64,000 nucleotides of DNA from Clostridiales bacterium (GCA_012840445.1 DULI01000006.1:63240-127239); one strand, 5' to 3'; positions 38,847-49,704 are shown, numbered from the stretch's first letter. The notes: generated by a model from the sequence alone, not told the origin. Numbers and translations: made by a program.

Positions 38847-39454
38847 GCATTTTTGTCATTGGCCTTACCGGCCCCACAGGCGCGGGCAAATCCGTTGCTG
38901 CCGAAATCTTTGCGCAGCAAAACATACCCGTAATAAACGCAGACCTTGTAGCACGGGAGGTCGTGCTCCCCGGCTCAAGGGCGCTTAAGATGCTGTGTGA
39001 AAGGTTTTCCGAAAAAATACTTAATCCCGATGGGACTTTAAACCGCAAGGAACTTGCCGCCCGCGCCTTTAAGGATAAAGAGAGCACACAAGCGATTAAC
39101 CGCATAACCCACCCGTTTATAATCGAGCGCATAAACCAAAGGATAAGAGAACTTGAAGCTAAGGGTGAGAGGGCGGTATTAATCGACGCGCCGCTTTTAT
39201 TCGAGGCAGAGGCCGATAAATTTTGCAATACTACAATAGCAATTTTGGCAGATATCAATATACGGTTGGAAAGAATAATAAAAAGGGATAATATAACCAA
39301 ACAGCAGGCCATTGAGCGCATAAAATCCCAAAAACCCGACGACTTCTATAGGTCCCGCGCAGATCATATTATTTATAACAATGGCGATCTTAAAGCCTTC
39401 AGGCAGTCGGTAGCAAATATCATTTCCAAGCTGGTGTACAACAATGAGGATTAG
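38843..39454 (+). CDS. coaE: dephospho-CoA kinase
   Basis: P-loop IGLTGPTGAGKS and LIDAPLLFE. Confidence 0.9.
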   Translation: MSIFVIGLTGPTGAGKSVAAEIFAQQNIPVINADLVAREVVLPGSRALKMLCERFSEKILNPDGTLNRKELAARAFKDKESTQAINRITHPFIIERINQRIRELEAKGERAVLIDAPLLFEAEADKFCNTTIAILADINIRLERIIKRDNITKQQAIERIKSQKPDDFYRSRADHIIYNNGDLKAFRQSVANIISKLVYNNED

Positions 39455-40001
39455 CCGCAAAACAATAATGCTTCTTGTCGCAGCGGCCTGCGCGGTTGCT
39501 TTTTTGAATTTTGCCTACAAGGTAATGATGAAACAGATTTATCCCTTAAAATACTCCGATTGGGTCGAACAGTACTCAGAAGAATACAATCTTGATAAAA
39601 CGCTTGTCTATGCCGTAATAAAGTGCGAAAGCAACTTCAATCCGAACGCGGTATCCCCCAAAAACGCCAAGGGCTTGATGCAGCTAACCGATGAAACCTT
39701 CGAATGGGTGCAGCTAAAAGACGGGACCGACGAAAAGCTTGGCGCTGAAGCGCTTTTTGACCCGCAGACCAATATAAAATACGGAACGCTGCTTTTATCG
39801 CTGCATATAAATGAGTTTTCGGACCTTTGCACCGCGCTTGCCGCTTACAATGCCGGGCGCGGCCAGGTTCAAAAATGGCTCAAAGACGGCAAAATTGTTG
39901 AAAAATCAGACGGCAACTGTTCGGTGCCGTTTAAGGAAACCGAGGCGTATATCAACCGGGTACTGAAGGTTAAAGAAATATACCAAAAACTATATGGATA
40001 G
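39444..40001 (+). CDS. lytic transglycosylase (SLT) domain protein, membrane-anchored
   Basis: N-terminal TM helix. SLT motifs AVIKCESNFNPNAVSPKNAKGLMQL and AAYNAG. Confidence 0.85.
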   Translation: MRISRKTIMLLVAAACAVAFLNFAYKVMMKQIYPLKYSDWVEQYSEEYNLDKTLVYAVIKCESNFNPNAVSPKNAKGLMQLTDETFEWVQLKDGTDEKLGAEALFDPQTNIKYGTLLLSLHINEFSDLCTALAAYNAGRGQVQKWLKDGKIVEKSDGNCSVPFKETEAYINRVLKVKEIYQKLYG

Positions 40002-40016
40002 AAAGGATGTGGCATT

Positions 40017-41414
40017 ATGTCCGAAAAATCAGCAAGCGAAGTATTAAAGGAACAGCTTTGCTACAACCCTAAAAACGGAAGGCTCAGAAAAGACGACGAG
40101 GTCCTTGAAAAAGCAGACAGCTTCTGCGAGTCCTATAAAAGCTTTCTTGACAATGCAAAGACCGAGCGCATGGCGGTCAAAACGGCAATAAGCTTGGCAG
40201 AGCAGAAAGGCTTTAAACCCTTTGACCCCCATGCATCCTACAAGCCAGGCGACAAGATATACCTTAACAACCGCAACAAAGCCGTAATTTTCGCAATTAT
40301 AGGCAACCGCCCCTTAGAAGATGGCATGCGCATTACCGCCGCACACATCGACTCGCCACGGCTGGACTTAAAACCAAACCCCTTGTACGAAGACACCGAA
40401 CTTGCCCTTTTTAAAACCCACTACTACGGCGGTATAAAGAAGTACCAGTGGACGGCAATACCGTTAGCGCTGCACGGCGTATTTGTCAAAAAAGACGGAA
40501 GCGTTATTGACGTCTCCATCGGCGAAGAGCCCGACGAGCCCTGTTTTGTGGTAACAGACCTGCTGCCTCACCTTGCGACCGAGCAGTATAAAAGGCAGCT
40601 TCACGAAGGCATAAAGGGCGAAGAGCTAAATGTACTGGTGGGCAGCCATCCCTTCAGGGACGACAAGGGCAGCGAACTTGTAAAACTGAATATACTTTCG
40701 ATACTCTTTGAAAAATACGGTGTCATAGAAGACGATTTTCTCTCCGCCGAGCTTGAGTGCGTGCCGGCCTTCAAGGCAAGGGATGTGGGCCTTGACCGCT
40801 CGATGATAGGCGCTTACGGGCACGACGACAGGGTCTGCGCCTATCCGGCGCTGCAGGCAATTCTTGATACCGAGCAGCCTGACAGGACCGCCGTCACAAT
40901 CCTTGCGGACAAGGAAGAAGTGGGTTCGGAAGGGAATACCGGCCTTTTCTCCTCTTTCTTTAACTACTTTGTAAACGACCTTGCCAAAACTCAAGATACC
41001 GATGGTTACCGCGTGCTGTCCAATTCGGAATGTTTATCGGCCGATGTAAACGCCGCGCTTGATCCCACCTTCCCCGACGTCATGGAGCGCAGAAACGCCG
41101 CAATGCTCAACCGCGGCGTGGTTGTCACCAAATATACAGGCGCCAGGGGCAAGGCAGGCACGTCCGACGCCTCTGCCGAATTTATGGGCAAAATCCGCGC
41201 ACTGCTTGACAACGCCGGCATTGTATGGCAGATTGGCGAGCTTGGAAAGGTAGACTTGGGCGGCGGCGGAACTGTGGCAAAATTCCTTGCCTACCACAAC
41301 ATCGATGTGGTGGACCTTGGCGTCCCCGTGCTTTCAATGCACTCCCCCTTTGAAGTGGTGGCAAAATTCGATGTGTATATGGCATATCTTGCAATCCATG
41401 AATTCTTTAAATAA
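40017..41414 (+). CDS. M18 family aminopeptidase
   Basis: 465 aa with AAHIDSPRLDLKP, GHDDRVCAY, DKEEVGSEG and LSMHSP. Confidence 0.85.
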   Translation: MSEKSASEVLKEQLCYNPKNGRLRKDDEVLEKADSFCESYKSFLDNAKTERMAVKTAISLAEQKGFKPFDPHASYKPGDKIYLNNRNKAVIFAIIGNRPLEDGMRITAAHIDSPRLDLKPNPLYEDTELALFKTHYYGGIKKYQWTAIPLALHGVFVKKDGSVIDVSIGEEPDEPCFVVTDLLPHLATEQYKRQLHEGIKGEELNVLVGSHPFRDDKGSELVKLNILSILFEKYGVIEDDFLSAELECVPAFKARDVGLDRSMIGAYGHDDRVCAYPALQAILDTEQPDRTAVTILADKEEVGSEGNTGLFSSFFNYFVNDLAKTQDTDGYRVLSNSECLSADVNAALDPTFPDVMERRNAAMLNRGVVVTKYTGARGKAGTSDASAEFMGKIRALLDNAGIVWQIGELGKVDLGGGGTVAKFLAYHNIDVVDLGVPVLSMHSPFEVVAKFDVYMAYLAIHEFFK

Positions 41415-41421
41415 ATACCAA

Positions 41422-41445
41422 GCCGCCGGTTAGAAGCCGGCGGCC
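41422..41445. terminator. bidirectional terminator between convergent genes
   Basis: GCCGCCGG-TTAGAA-GCCGGCGGC. Confidence 0.6.
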
Positions 41446-41459
41446 TTATTGTATTCAAC

Positions 41460-42434
41460 TTAACTATTGTACTTTATAATATCCTCACACAGCGCCTCAA
41501 GCTGGGAATAGGTCTCAAGCCCTCCGCATCGCCTTCGGAACTCGCTGGCTCCCCGCATGCCCTTAATATACCATGAGGCATGTTTTCGAGCCTCTTTAAG
41601 CGCCTTTTGCTCTCCCTTTAGTTCAATCATAACCTTTACCTGTTCAAGCAAAAGCTGCATCCTTTTTTCCACCGGTGGGTCGGGCAGCAGTTTCCCTGTT
41701 TTTAAATACTCATTAATCTGTTCAAATATCCATGGCGCGCCCAGCGCTCCCCTTCCCACCATCACATAATCGCAGCCGGTTTCTTCATACATCTTTTTGG
41801 CGTCCTTCGCGCAGGTTATATCTCCGTTCCCAATTACCGGTATCTTTACCGCCTGTTTTACCTGCCCAATAATTTCAAAATTTACGGGCGGCGCGTACAT
41901 CTGTGTGCGGGTGCGGCCGTGGACTGTAACCGCCGCGGCGCCGGCGTCTTCGCACCTTTTTGCAATTTCCACAGCGTTTATAGACTGTTCATCCCACCCC
42001 GCCCGCATTTTTACCGTAACGGGAAGGTGTACCGCCCTAACCACTGCGGACACAATCTCGCCAGCAAGCCTTGGGTCCTTCATAAGCGAGCAGCCGCCGT
42101 TGTTATTGGCAACCTTGGGCGCGGGGCAGCCCATGTTGATATCAATAAATTCAGGCGAAAACTCAGCCGCTTTTTGCGCAGCCCTTGCCATAACTTCCGG
42201 GTCGTTGCCAAAAAGCTGTATTGCCATCGGCCGCTCTAAGGGGCCAATTTTTAACATGGACAGGGTCTTTTTGTCCCCCATTGTAATGGCCTTGGCGCTG
42301 ATTAGCTCGCTTACGCAAAAACCAGCGCCGTATTTTATGCACATCCTTCTCATGGCGCTGTCAGCAGCCCCTGCCATGGGCGCCAATGCCGCAAACCCGT
42401 TAAAAACCAGATTTCCTATCTTTAACATAAACAC
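41460..42434 (-). CDS. dusB: tRNA dihydrouridine synthase DusB
   Basis: LAPMAGAADSAMR, DINMGCPAPKV and TVHGRT. Confidence 0.9.
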   Translation of the reverse strand: MFMLKIGNLVFNGFAALAPMAGAADSAMRRMCIKYGAGFCVSELISAKAITMGDKKTLSMLKIGPLERPMAIQLFGNDPEVMARAAQKAAEFSPEFIDINMGCPAPKVANNNGGCSLMKDPRLAGEIVSAVVRAVHLPVTVKMRAGWDEQSINAVEIAKRCEDAGAAAVTVHGRTRTQMYAPPVNFEIIGQVKQAVKIPVIGNGDITCAKDAKKMYEETGCDYVMVGRGALGAPWIFEQINEYLKTGKLLPDPPVEKRMQLLLEQVKVMIELKGEQKALKEARKHASWYIKGMRGASEFRRRCGGLETYSQLEALCEDIIKYNS

Positions 42435-42560
42435 CCACCTTCAGTCGCGGCTACTATTTTAACACAAATTCATTTATTTTACACTAAATACTTAAAAATA
42501 CTGTAACGGCTTATAAAATGTGGTATAATATTTAAGAAATTTTAAAAGGGGTTTGCGTAA

Positions 42561-45128
42561 ATGAAACTGCTGGCACTCGACGGTAACAGCATATTAAACA
42601 GGGCTTTTTACGGAATTAAGCTTCTTACCACCAAGGACGGCCGGTATACCAACGGTATATACGGCTTTATAAATATTTTAAACAAATTACTGGAGCTCGA
42701 AAACCCCGACGCGGTGGCGGTGGCGTTTGACCTGCACGCCCCCACCTTTAGGCACCAGAAATACGCCGAATACAAAGCCGGCCGCAAGGGCATGCCACCC
42801 GAGCTCGCCCAGCAGCTGCCGGTTTTAAAAGAGCTGATTAAACACTTAGGATATTGCGTCCTCGAGGCCGAAGGCTACGAGGCAGACGATATATTGGGCA
42901 CACTGGCATCGGCCTGCAAACAAAGCGGCGATGAATGCGTGATAGCCACCGGCGACCGCGACACGCTGCAGCTTGTCTGCCCTAACGTCAGAGTACTGCT
43001 TGCCGCCACAAAAATGGGCCGCCCCGACCTTACCGAGTACACTCCGGAAACCATTAAAGCCACCTACGGCGTAGAGCCTGAAGGTCTTCTTGAAATAAAG
43101 GCGCTTATGGGCGACAGCTCCGACAACATCCCGGGCGTCGCCGGAATCGGCCAGAAAACCGCAACCGAACTTATCTGCCGTTTCGGCAGCATAGATTATA
43201 TATATGAAAATATCGATAGCCTCGACATTAAACCCGCCATCCGCCAAAAATTAATAGATGGCAGGGATAGCGCATACCTTTCAAGGGAGCTTGGCAAAAT
43301 CTGCTGTGAAGCCCCCGTTTCCCTTAACATTTCGGATTATCTAATTAAAGAGCGGGACGAGGCCGAGCTTGTCCGGCTTTTTACAAGCCTTGAGTTTTTC
43401 TCCATCATGGAGCGCATGAACATTTCGGCAAAGACTATCACCAAAATCACAGAAACCCCGCAAAAGACATATACCTATACCGAAGATAAACAAAAGGTGC
43501 TTGCCGCCGCCCAAAACGCAAAGCAAGCAGACCTCCTTCTGGATCTGAATACTTTAAAAGTCTCACTTGCGGCGGGAGACCTTGTTACCCTGCTTGATTC
43601 TAACAGACAGGAACTTTCCGGCCTTTTGGGACAAAAGGATATAAAGCTTCGTGTCAACAACTCAAAGGCATTATATAAATGGGCATATCAGGAAGGCATA
43701 AATATAAATAACATTTCATTCGACACAGAACTTGCAGGCTATCTCTGCAGCCCCTCGTCAAACTCCTACGAAACCGGGCGGCTGGCGCAGGAATACAACG
43801 TAACCCCTCCCGAGGTAGCGGGCGAAAACGTACCCGGGCTTGCAGGGCTTGGCGCGTTGCATTCCGAAGTCTGCGAAAGGTTAAAGCATGAAATCGAGAC
43901 AAACGGCCAGACAGAGCTTTTATACAATATTGAGCTGCCCCTCTCCTCAGTCCTTGCCAAAATGGAACTTACGGGATTTTTGATTGATGTGGACGGTATT
44001 ATACAAATGGGGGATGAACTGTCCCGCAAAATCTCTGATATCGAGCAGGAAATCTACCACCTCGTGGGCTATGAATTCAACCTCAATTCCCCGAAACAAC
44101 TGGGTGAAGCGCTGTTTGTAAAGCTGGGTCTGCCTACAAAAAAGAAAACCAAAACCGGCTTTTCCACCAGCGCCGAGGTTCTGGAGTCACTGCGCTATGC
44201 CCACCCCGCCGTGGAACTTCTGCTTGAGTACCGCCAGCTTGCAAAACTAAAATCCACATACTGCGACGGGCTTGCCGCGGCAGTTGGCAAGGACGGGCGA
44301 ATCCACTCAAGCTTTAACCAGACCGAAACGCGGACCGGCAGAATCAGCTCCACCGAGCCGAATCTGCAGAACATACCCATCAGGACCGAAGAGGGCAGGC
44401 AGCTTCGCCGCTACTTCAAAGCGGCTGACGGCTATGTGCTGATAGACGCCGACTATTCCCAGATCGAGCTGCGGGTGCTCGCCCATATGGCAAACGACAG
44501 GGCAATGATAGAGGCCTTTAACAACAACTCAGACATTCATACCCTAACCGCCTCCAAAGTATTCGGCATTCCCGCAGAATTGGTAACCCCGCTTATGCGA
44601 AGCCGCGCCAAAACGGTAAATTTCGGGATTATCTACGGCATGGGCGCCTATTCCCTCTCGCAGGATTTAAAAATCCCGGTGCGCGAGGCCAACCAATATA
44701 TTAAAGGGTATTTTGCAACCTACCCGCAGGTCGCCGAATATATGGAAAGGGTAGTGCGCCAAGCCAAGGAAACGGGATATGTCAGCACCCTTTTTGGCAG
44801 AAGACGGTATTTACCCGAGCTTTCCTCATCCAACGCCAATATCAGGGCCTTTGGCGAGCGGGTTGCCCGAAATATGCCAATCCAAGGCACTGCCGCGGAT
44901 ATAATCAAGATTGCCATGATAAGGGTCGACAAACGGCTCAGCGAACTGGACCTTGACGCAAGGCTTATTCTGCAGGTCCACGACGAGCTTATCATAGAGG
45001 CCAGCGAACGTGACGCCAAGGCGGCTAAACAGGTTCTTATTGAAGAGATGCAAAACGCCTGTAAGCTGGCGGTGGAACTGTCTGTCGACGTGTCAACGGG
45101 TAAGACGTGGTTCGAGGCAAAAGGCTAA
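42561..45128 (+). CDS. polA: DNA polymerase I
   Basis: 5-prime nuclease domain (LLALDGNSILNRAFY, SDNIPGVAGIG). Polymerase motifs A (DADYSQIELRVLAH), B (RSRAKTVNFGIIYG) and C (QVHDELI). Confidence 0.95.
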   Translation: MKLLALDGNSILNRAFYGIKLLTTKDGRYTNGIYGFINILNKLLELENPDAVAVAFDLHAPTFRHQKYAEYKAGRKGMPPELAQQLPVLKELIKHLGYCVLEAEGYEADDILGTLASACKQSGDECVIATGDRDTLQLVCPNVRVLLAATKMGRPDLTEYTPETIKATYGVEPEGLLEIKALMGDSSDNIPGVAGIGQKTATELICRFGSIDYIYENIDSLDIKPAIRQKLIDGRDSAYLSRELGKICCEAPVSLNISDYLIKERDEAELVRLFTSLEFFSIMERMNISAKTITKITETPQKTYTYTEDKQKVLAAAQNAKQADLLLDLNTLKVSLAAGDLVTLLDSNRQELSGLLGQKDIKLRVNNSKALYKWAYQEGININNISFDTELAGYLCSPSSNSYETGRLAQEYNVTPPEVAGENVPGLAGLGALHSEVCERLKHEIETNGQTELLYNIELPLSSVLAKMELTGFLIDVDGIIQMGDELSRKISDIEQEIYHLVGYEFNLNSPKQLGEALFVKLGLPTKKKTKTGFSTSAEVLESLRYAHPAVELLLEYRQLAKLKSTYCDGLAAAVGKDGRIHSSFNQTETRTGRISSTEPNLQNIPIRTEEGRQLRRYFKAADGYVLIDADYSQIELRVLAHMANDRAMIEAFNNNSDIHTLTASKVFGIPAELVTPLMRSRAKTVNFGIIYGMGAYSLSQDLKIPVREANQYIKGYFATYPQVAEYMERVVRQAKETGYVSTLFGRRRYLPELSSSNANIRAFGERVARNMPIQGTAADIIKIAMIRVDKRLSELDLDARLILQVHDELIIEASERDAKAAKQVLIEEMQNACKLAVELSVDVSTGKTWFEAKG

Positions 45129-45135
45129 AAAGGAT

Positions 45136-45975
45136 GTGATTATCATTAGTATAAAACTGCTTTACAAATACGGCAAACCCAAGGCACTTACATTAAGCTA
45201 CGACGACGGTGTCTGCCAGGATATAAAACTAATTAGTATTTTAAACAAATACAATATTAAATGTACATTTAACCTCAATTCCGGTCTGTGGCACGACCAG
45301 ACCCCGTGGCAGACCGAGGGCGCCGTTATCTACCGCATGGCTCCAGATAAGCTCCCCGAACTATACAATGGCCACGAAGTTGCCATGCACATGGTGCACC
45401 ACCCAAGGCCTCTGACCTTAACCGACCAGCAGCTCAAGGCCGAAACACTTGGCGACCAGGCAAACCTTCAAAGGCTGTTCGGATACAAAATCAGGGGTCT
45501 TGCCTATCCCTTCGGCGACTTTGACGAGCGTGTTGTCAACATTCTTCGCAGCATAGGTGTGGCATACGCAAGGACCGTAAGGCAGACCGAAAGCTTTTCC
45601 CTTCCCAAAGACTTTTTAGTCTGGGATTCAACCTGTCACCATAATAACCACAAACTGATAGAACTTGCCGACAGTTTTCTTAATACCAATCAGGATCTGG
45701 CGCTCTTTTACCTGTGGGGTCACAGCTACGAATTCGACCTTGATAATAATTGGGATGTAATAGAAATCTTTTGCAAAAAAGTAGCGAACCATGATGACAT
45801 CTGGTTCGCCACAAATATCGAAATATACGACTATATCAACGCGCTGAACAAACTCGTAATGGACGAGCAAAGCCGTACCATAACCAATTATTCCGACGTC
45901 CCGCTCTGGATTGAATTGGGCCAAAAGGTTTACGAAATTCCTGCGCGCAGCACTTTAGAAAGGGCAGCCTTATGA
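45136..45975 (+). CDS. polysaccharide deacetylase family protein
   Basis: LTLSYDDGVCQD (NodB-like DDG), plus HMVHHP and AYPFGDF. The start is taken as the GTG at 45136; the track ORF starting at 45010 overlaps the polA 3-prime end. Confidence 0.7.
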   Translation: MIIISIKLLYKYGKPKALTLSYDDGVCQDIKLISILNKYNIKCTFNLNSGLWHDQTPWQTEGAVIYRMAPDKLPELYNGHEVAMHMVHHPRPLTLTDQQLKAETLGDQANLQRLFGYKIRGLAYPFGDFDERVVNILRSIGVAYARTVRQTESFSLPKDFLVWDSTCHHNNHKLIELADSFLNTNQDLALFYLWGHSYEFDLDNNWDVIEIFCKKVANHDDIWFATNIEIYDYINALNKLVMDEQSRTITNYSDVPLWIELGQKVYEIPARSTLERAAL

Positions 45976-46397
45976 AAAAGATTTTGTTCGTTTGCACTGG
46001 CAACACCTGCCGAAGCCCCATGGCCGAGGCGCTACTAAAAGCCGAACTCAACAAGCGGAACATTTTAGACATATCTGTGGACAGTGCCGGGCTGGCGGTT
46101 TACGGCAACGCCCCCGCGTCAGAGAACGCCGTTCTCGCTCTGAAAGAAACCGGCATAGACATTTTAGGCCACACCTCCACCCAGATCACCAAACAAATGG
46201 TCGATGAAGCCGACTACATCTTTTGCATGACCAAAAGGCACTGCGAAGCCTTAAAAGCCATAGCGGACGAGGGTAAACTGTTCGTAATGCCCGTTGAAAT
46301 TCCAGACCCTTACGGCGGCAGCTTGGATGTCTATCGCGAATGCCGCGACAAAATCATGCAGTGCATCCCCCTAATACTTCAAAAGGTGAAAGAATGA
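45972..46397 (+). CDS. low-molecular-weight protein phosphatase (YwlE-like arginine/tyrosine phosphatase)
   Basis: CX5R(S/T) P-loop in ILFVCTGNTCRSPMAEA and a DPYG loop. Confidence 0.85.
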   Translation: MKKILFVCTGNTCRSPMAEALLKAELNKRNILDISVDSAGLAVYGNAPASENAVLALKETGIDILGHTSTQITKQMVDEADYIFCMTKRHCEALKAIADEGKLFVMPVEIPDPYGGSLDVYRECRDKIMQCIPLILQKVKE

Positions 46398-46846
46398 ATA
46401 TTAGCATTGTGGAAATGAACCAAGACCATATTCCGTCCGCGGCAACCCTTGAGAAAATCTGTTTTTCCATGCCGTGGTCGGAAAATTCTTTTGCGTCGGC
46501 CATGTCTGCAAATACCCGTTTTTTTGCCGCCCTTCTGGACGGTAAATTAATAGCCTACTGCGGCATGCAAGTAATAGATAGCGAAGGGTTTATCACAAAT
46601 ATTGCGGTACACCCCGACTACCGGCGGCAGGGCATTGGCAGAAAGGTGCTAAAACATCTAATCAGCTTTGCCCAAAACAATAATATTAAAAGCATTTCTC
46701 TGGAAGTAAGGCAAAGCAACACTGCCGCAATAAAATTGTATGAATCTGAAGGCTTTGAATGTGTCGGCACTCGCAAAAATTTCTACGAAAAGCCGACTGA
46801 AGACGGGCTTATATATACAAAGTTTTTTAAGGAGCGCTTTAGATGA
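46394..46846 (+). CDS. rimI: ribosomal-protein-alanine N-acetyltransferase
   Basis: GNAT motif A (RRQGIGRKVL). ATGA overlap with the upstream gene, and the stop overlaps the tsaD start. Confidence 0.8.
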   Translation: MNISIVEMNQDHIPSAATLEKICFSMPWSENSFASAMSANTRFFAALLDGKLIAYCGMQVIDSEGFITNIAVHPDYRRQGIGRKVLKHLISFAQNNNIKSISLEVRQSNTAAIKLYESEGFECVGTRKNFYEKPTEDGLIYTKFFKERFR

Positions 46847-47844
46847 AAATTCTTGCAATAGAAACCTCATGCGATGAGACTGCCGCCGCCGTCACAAATG
46901 GCAGGCAGGTGCTTTCAAGCGTTGTAGCCTCTCAGGTCGAGGAGCACCGCATATACGGCGGCGTAGTCCCCGAAATTGCCTCCCGCCGCCACGCAGAGGC
47001 AATTGTAAGGATTTGCGAGGAGGCGGTAAATCAAGCGGGAATAAGCCTTAACGAAATCGACGCGGTCGCAGTAACATATGCGCCGGGGCTTATTGGCGCG
47101 CTGTTGGTGGGCGTAAATTTCGCAAAGGGGCTTTCCTTGTCCCTTAAAAAGCCCTTAATCCCTGTACACCATCTACGCTCGCATATCGCCGCAAACTACA
47201 TCACATACCCCGACCTTTCCCCACCCTTTTTGTGCCTACTTGTATCGGGCGGCCACAGCCATATAATCGAAGTTTTGGATTATACCGAATTTAGAATTGT
47301 CGGCCGCACCAGGGACGATGCAGCGGGCGAATGCTTTGACAAAGCGGCCCGCGCCATGGGTCTTCCATATCCGGGGGGAGTCTTTCTTGATAAAATTGCC
47401 GAAGGTGGCAACCCGGACATATATAAACTGCCCCGACCGACAGTTTCCGACAATGTTTACGACTTTAGCTTCTCGGGGCTTAAAACCGCTGTTGTAAACC
47501 TTATACACAACCACAAACAGAAGGGCGAAGAGATAAGCATCCCAGACCTTGCGGCAACGCTGCGCCAAAGGGTTTGCGATATGCTGATTGAAAACACCCT
47601 GCTTGCATCAAAGGATTTGGGGTATAAAAAAATTGTTCTCTCGGGCGGCGTGTCTGCCAACAGCGAGCTTCGCCGCCGAATGGATGAAGAATGCCGCAGC
47701 CATTCCTATTCCCTTTATTACCCCGAGCTTAAGTACTGCGGGGACAACGCCGCAATGGTGGGCGTGCAGGCATATTATGAATACCAAAAGGGCAATGTTT
47801 CGTCAGAGGATTTAAACGCTTTTGCTACCTTGCCCATAAATTAA
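46843..47844 (+). CDS. tsaD: tRNA N6-adenosine threonylcarbamoyltransferase
   Basis: ILAIETSCDETA, VHHLRSHI, VSGGHS and GGVSAN. Confidence 0.95.
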   Translation: MKILAIETSCDETAAAVTNGRQVLSSVVASQVEEHRIYGGVVPEIASRRHAEAIVRICEEAVNQAGISLNEIDAVAVTYAPGLIGALLVGVNFAKGLSLSLKKPLIPVHHLRSHIAANYITYPDLSPPFLCLLVSGGHSHIIEVLDYTEFRIVGRTRDDAAGECFDKAARAMGLPYPGGVFLDKIAEGGNPDIYKLPRPTVSDNVYDFSFSGLKTAVVNLIHNHKQKGEEISIPDLAATLRQRVCDMLIENTLLASKDLGYKKIVLSGGVSANSELRRRMDEECRSHSYSLYYPELKYCGDNAAMVGVQAYYEYQKGNVSSEDLNAFATLPIN

Positions 47845-47862
47845 ACTTTTTTAAAATTTTTG

Positions 47863-47891
47863 TTGAATTAAATAATACTTTTAGTTATAAT
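47863..47891 (+). promoter_or_regulatory. sigma-A-type promoter for pck
   Basis: TTGAAT, 17-nt spacer, TATAAT, located ~43 nt upstream of the ATG. Confidence 0.5.
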
Positions 47892-47933
47892 GGAACCGTA
47901 TACATATTTTTAGGGCTTGAAAGGGGCTTAGGC

Positions 47934-49694
47934 ATGACAACCAACCAAACCGTATTACAATGGATTAATCAGATGAAAGAATTGGTAACTCCCGACAATG
48001 TTGTATGGATTGACGGCAGCGAGGAACAGCTTGAAAGTTTAAGGAAACAGGCTGTCGCATCGGGCGAATTAAAGCCGTTAAATCAGGAAAAACTCCCCGG
48101 CTGCTATCTCCACAACACCGCAGTAAACGACGTTGCGCGCGTCGAACACCGCACGTTTATCTGCACAAGGAAACAGGATGACGCAGGTCCCACAAACAAC
48201 TGGATGGATCCCGAAGAAGCCTACAAAATGCTATATGATATCGCTAGGGGAAGCTACAAGGGCAGAACCATGTATATTATCCCCTATTCCATGGGACCTA
48301 TCGGCTCTCCGCTTGCCAAAATCGGAATCGAAGTAACCGACTCGATTTATGTTGTGCTTAACATGGCAATCATGACCCGTGTAAGCAGCAAAGTATTCGA
48401 CGTGCTGGGCGACAGCAACGACTGGGTGCGCGGTCTGCATTGCCGTTGCGATATAAACGAGGAGAAACGCTACATATGCCACTTCCCGGAAGACAACACC
48501 ATTATTTCCGTAAATTCCGGCTACGGCGGAAACGTGCTTCTGGGCAAAAAATGCTTTGCGCTGCGCATTGCCTCTTATCAGGGCAAACAGGAAAAATGGA
48601 TGGCCGAGCATATGCTCATACTCGGCATTGAAAACCCGCAAGGCGAAGTAAAATACATAGCGGCCGCATTCCCGTCTGCCTGCGGTAAGACCAATCTGGC
48701 AATGCTAATTCCCCCGGAACACTACCTCAAACAGGGCTATAAAGTATGGTGCGTTGGCGACGATATTGCCTGGATGCGCCAGGGACCCGACGGAAGGCTG
48801 TGGGCAATTAACCCAGAAAACGGCTTCTTTGGCGTTGCCCCCGGTACCAACGAAAAATCCAACCCCAACGCACTTGCCACCACCAGAAAGAATACCATTT
48901 TCACAAATGTCGCTTTGAATCTTGATGATAATACCGTTTGGTGGGAAGGGCTCGACAAGAATCCTCCCAAGAACGCGCTCAACTGGAAGGGCGAAAAGTA
49001 CGACCCCGCCTCCGGCGAGAAACTTGCCCATCCCAACAGCCGCTTTACCGCTCCCGCCAAGAACTGTCCGTGTATCAGCCCTGAATTTGAATCTCCACAG
49101 GGCGTTCCGATTTCGGCCATTGTCTTTGGCGGCCGCCGCGCTAAACTTGCTCCCCTTGTTTACCAGTCCAAGGACTGGGAGAATGGCGTATTCGTAGGCT
49201 CCATAATGGCCTCCGAGACCACCGCCGCCGCGACTGGAGCCGTCGGCGTTGTAAGGCGCGACCCCATGGCAATGCTGCCCTTCTGCGGCTACCATATGGG
49301 TGACTATTTTGCCCACTGGCTAGAGATGGGTAAAATGCTGGGCGACAAGGCGCCCAAGATCTTCCACGTCAACTGGTTCCGCCAGGACGAAAACGGCAAC
49401 TTCATCTGGCCGGGATTTGGCGAGAATATGCGCGTGCTCAACTGGATAATTGATCGCTGCGAAGGCAAGGTAGACGCGGTCGAAACCCCGATAGGATATC
49501 TGCCAAAACCAGAGGACATCGACCTCACCGGCCTTGATATGTCGGTAGACACCTTAAAGACCATACTCGAGGTCGACAAAGATGCCTGGAGGGAAGAGGC
49601 CGAAGGCATTAAAGAATTCTACACCAAATTCGGCGACAGGCTGCCTGCAGTGCTTAAAAATCAGCTGGATAACCTAATTAAAAATCTGGCATAA
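47934..49694 (+). CDS. pck: phosphoenolpyruvate carboxykinase (GTP)
   Basis: GTP-PEPCK hallmarks: FPSACGKTNLAML (kinase-1a), WCVGDDIAWM, and YGGNVLLGKKCFALRIAS. Confidence 0.95.
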   Translation: MTTNQTVLQWINQMKELVTPDNVVWIDGSEEQLESLRKQAVASGELKPLNQEKLPGCYLHNTAVNDVARVEHRTFICTRKQDDAGPTNNWMDPEEAYKMLYDIARGSYKGRTMYIIPYSMGPIGSPLAKIGIEVTDSIYVVLNMAIMTRVSSKVFDVLGDSNDWVRGLHCRCDINEEKRYICHFPEDNTIISVNSGYGGNVLLGKKCFALRIASYQGKQEKWMAEHMLILGIENPQGEVKYIAAAFPSACGKTNLAMLIPPEHYLKQGYKVWCVGDDIAWMRQGPDGRLWAINPENGFFGVAPGTNEKSNPNALATTRKNTIFTNVALNLDDNTVWWEGLDKNPPKNALNWKGEKYDPASGEKLAHPNSRFTAPAKNCPCISPEFESPQGVPISAIVFGGRRAKLAPLVYQSKDWENGVFVGSIMASETTAAATGAVGVVRRDPMAMLPFCGYHMGDYFAHWLEMGKMLGDKAPKIFHVNWFRQDENGNFIWPGFGENMRVLNWIIDRCEGKVDAVETPIGYLPKPEDIDLTGLDMSVDTLKTILEVDKDAWREEAEGIKEFYTKFGDRLPAVLKNQLDNLIKNLA

Positions 49695-49704
49695 AAATAA
49701 AATT

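Noticed and set aside
38590-39321. 243-aa minus-strand ORF
   Set aside because: It is antisense to the tsaC 3-prime end and coaE, both confidently identified. The composition is not protein-like.
41797-42462. 221-aa and 106-aa plus-strand ORFs
   Set aside because: They are antisense shadows of dusB, with low-complexity Ser/Ala/Pro-rich translations.
45010-45135. 5-prime extension of the deacetylase ORF
   Set aside because: It lies inside the polA 3-prime end.
48705-49316. 203-aa and 127-aa minus-strand ORFs
   Set aside because: They are antisense shadows inside the GTP-PEPCK gene.
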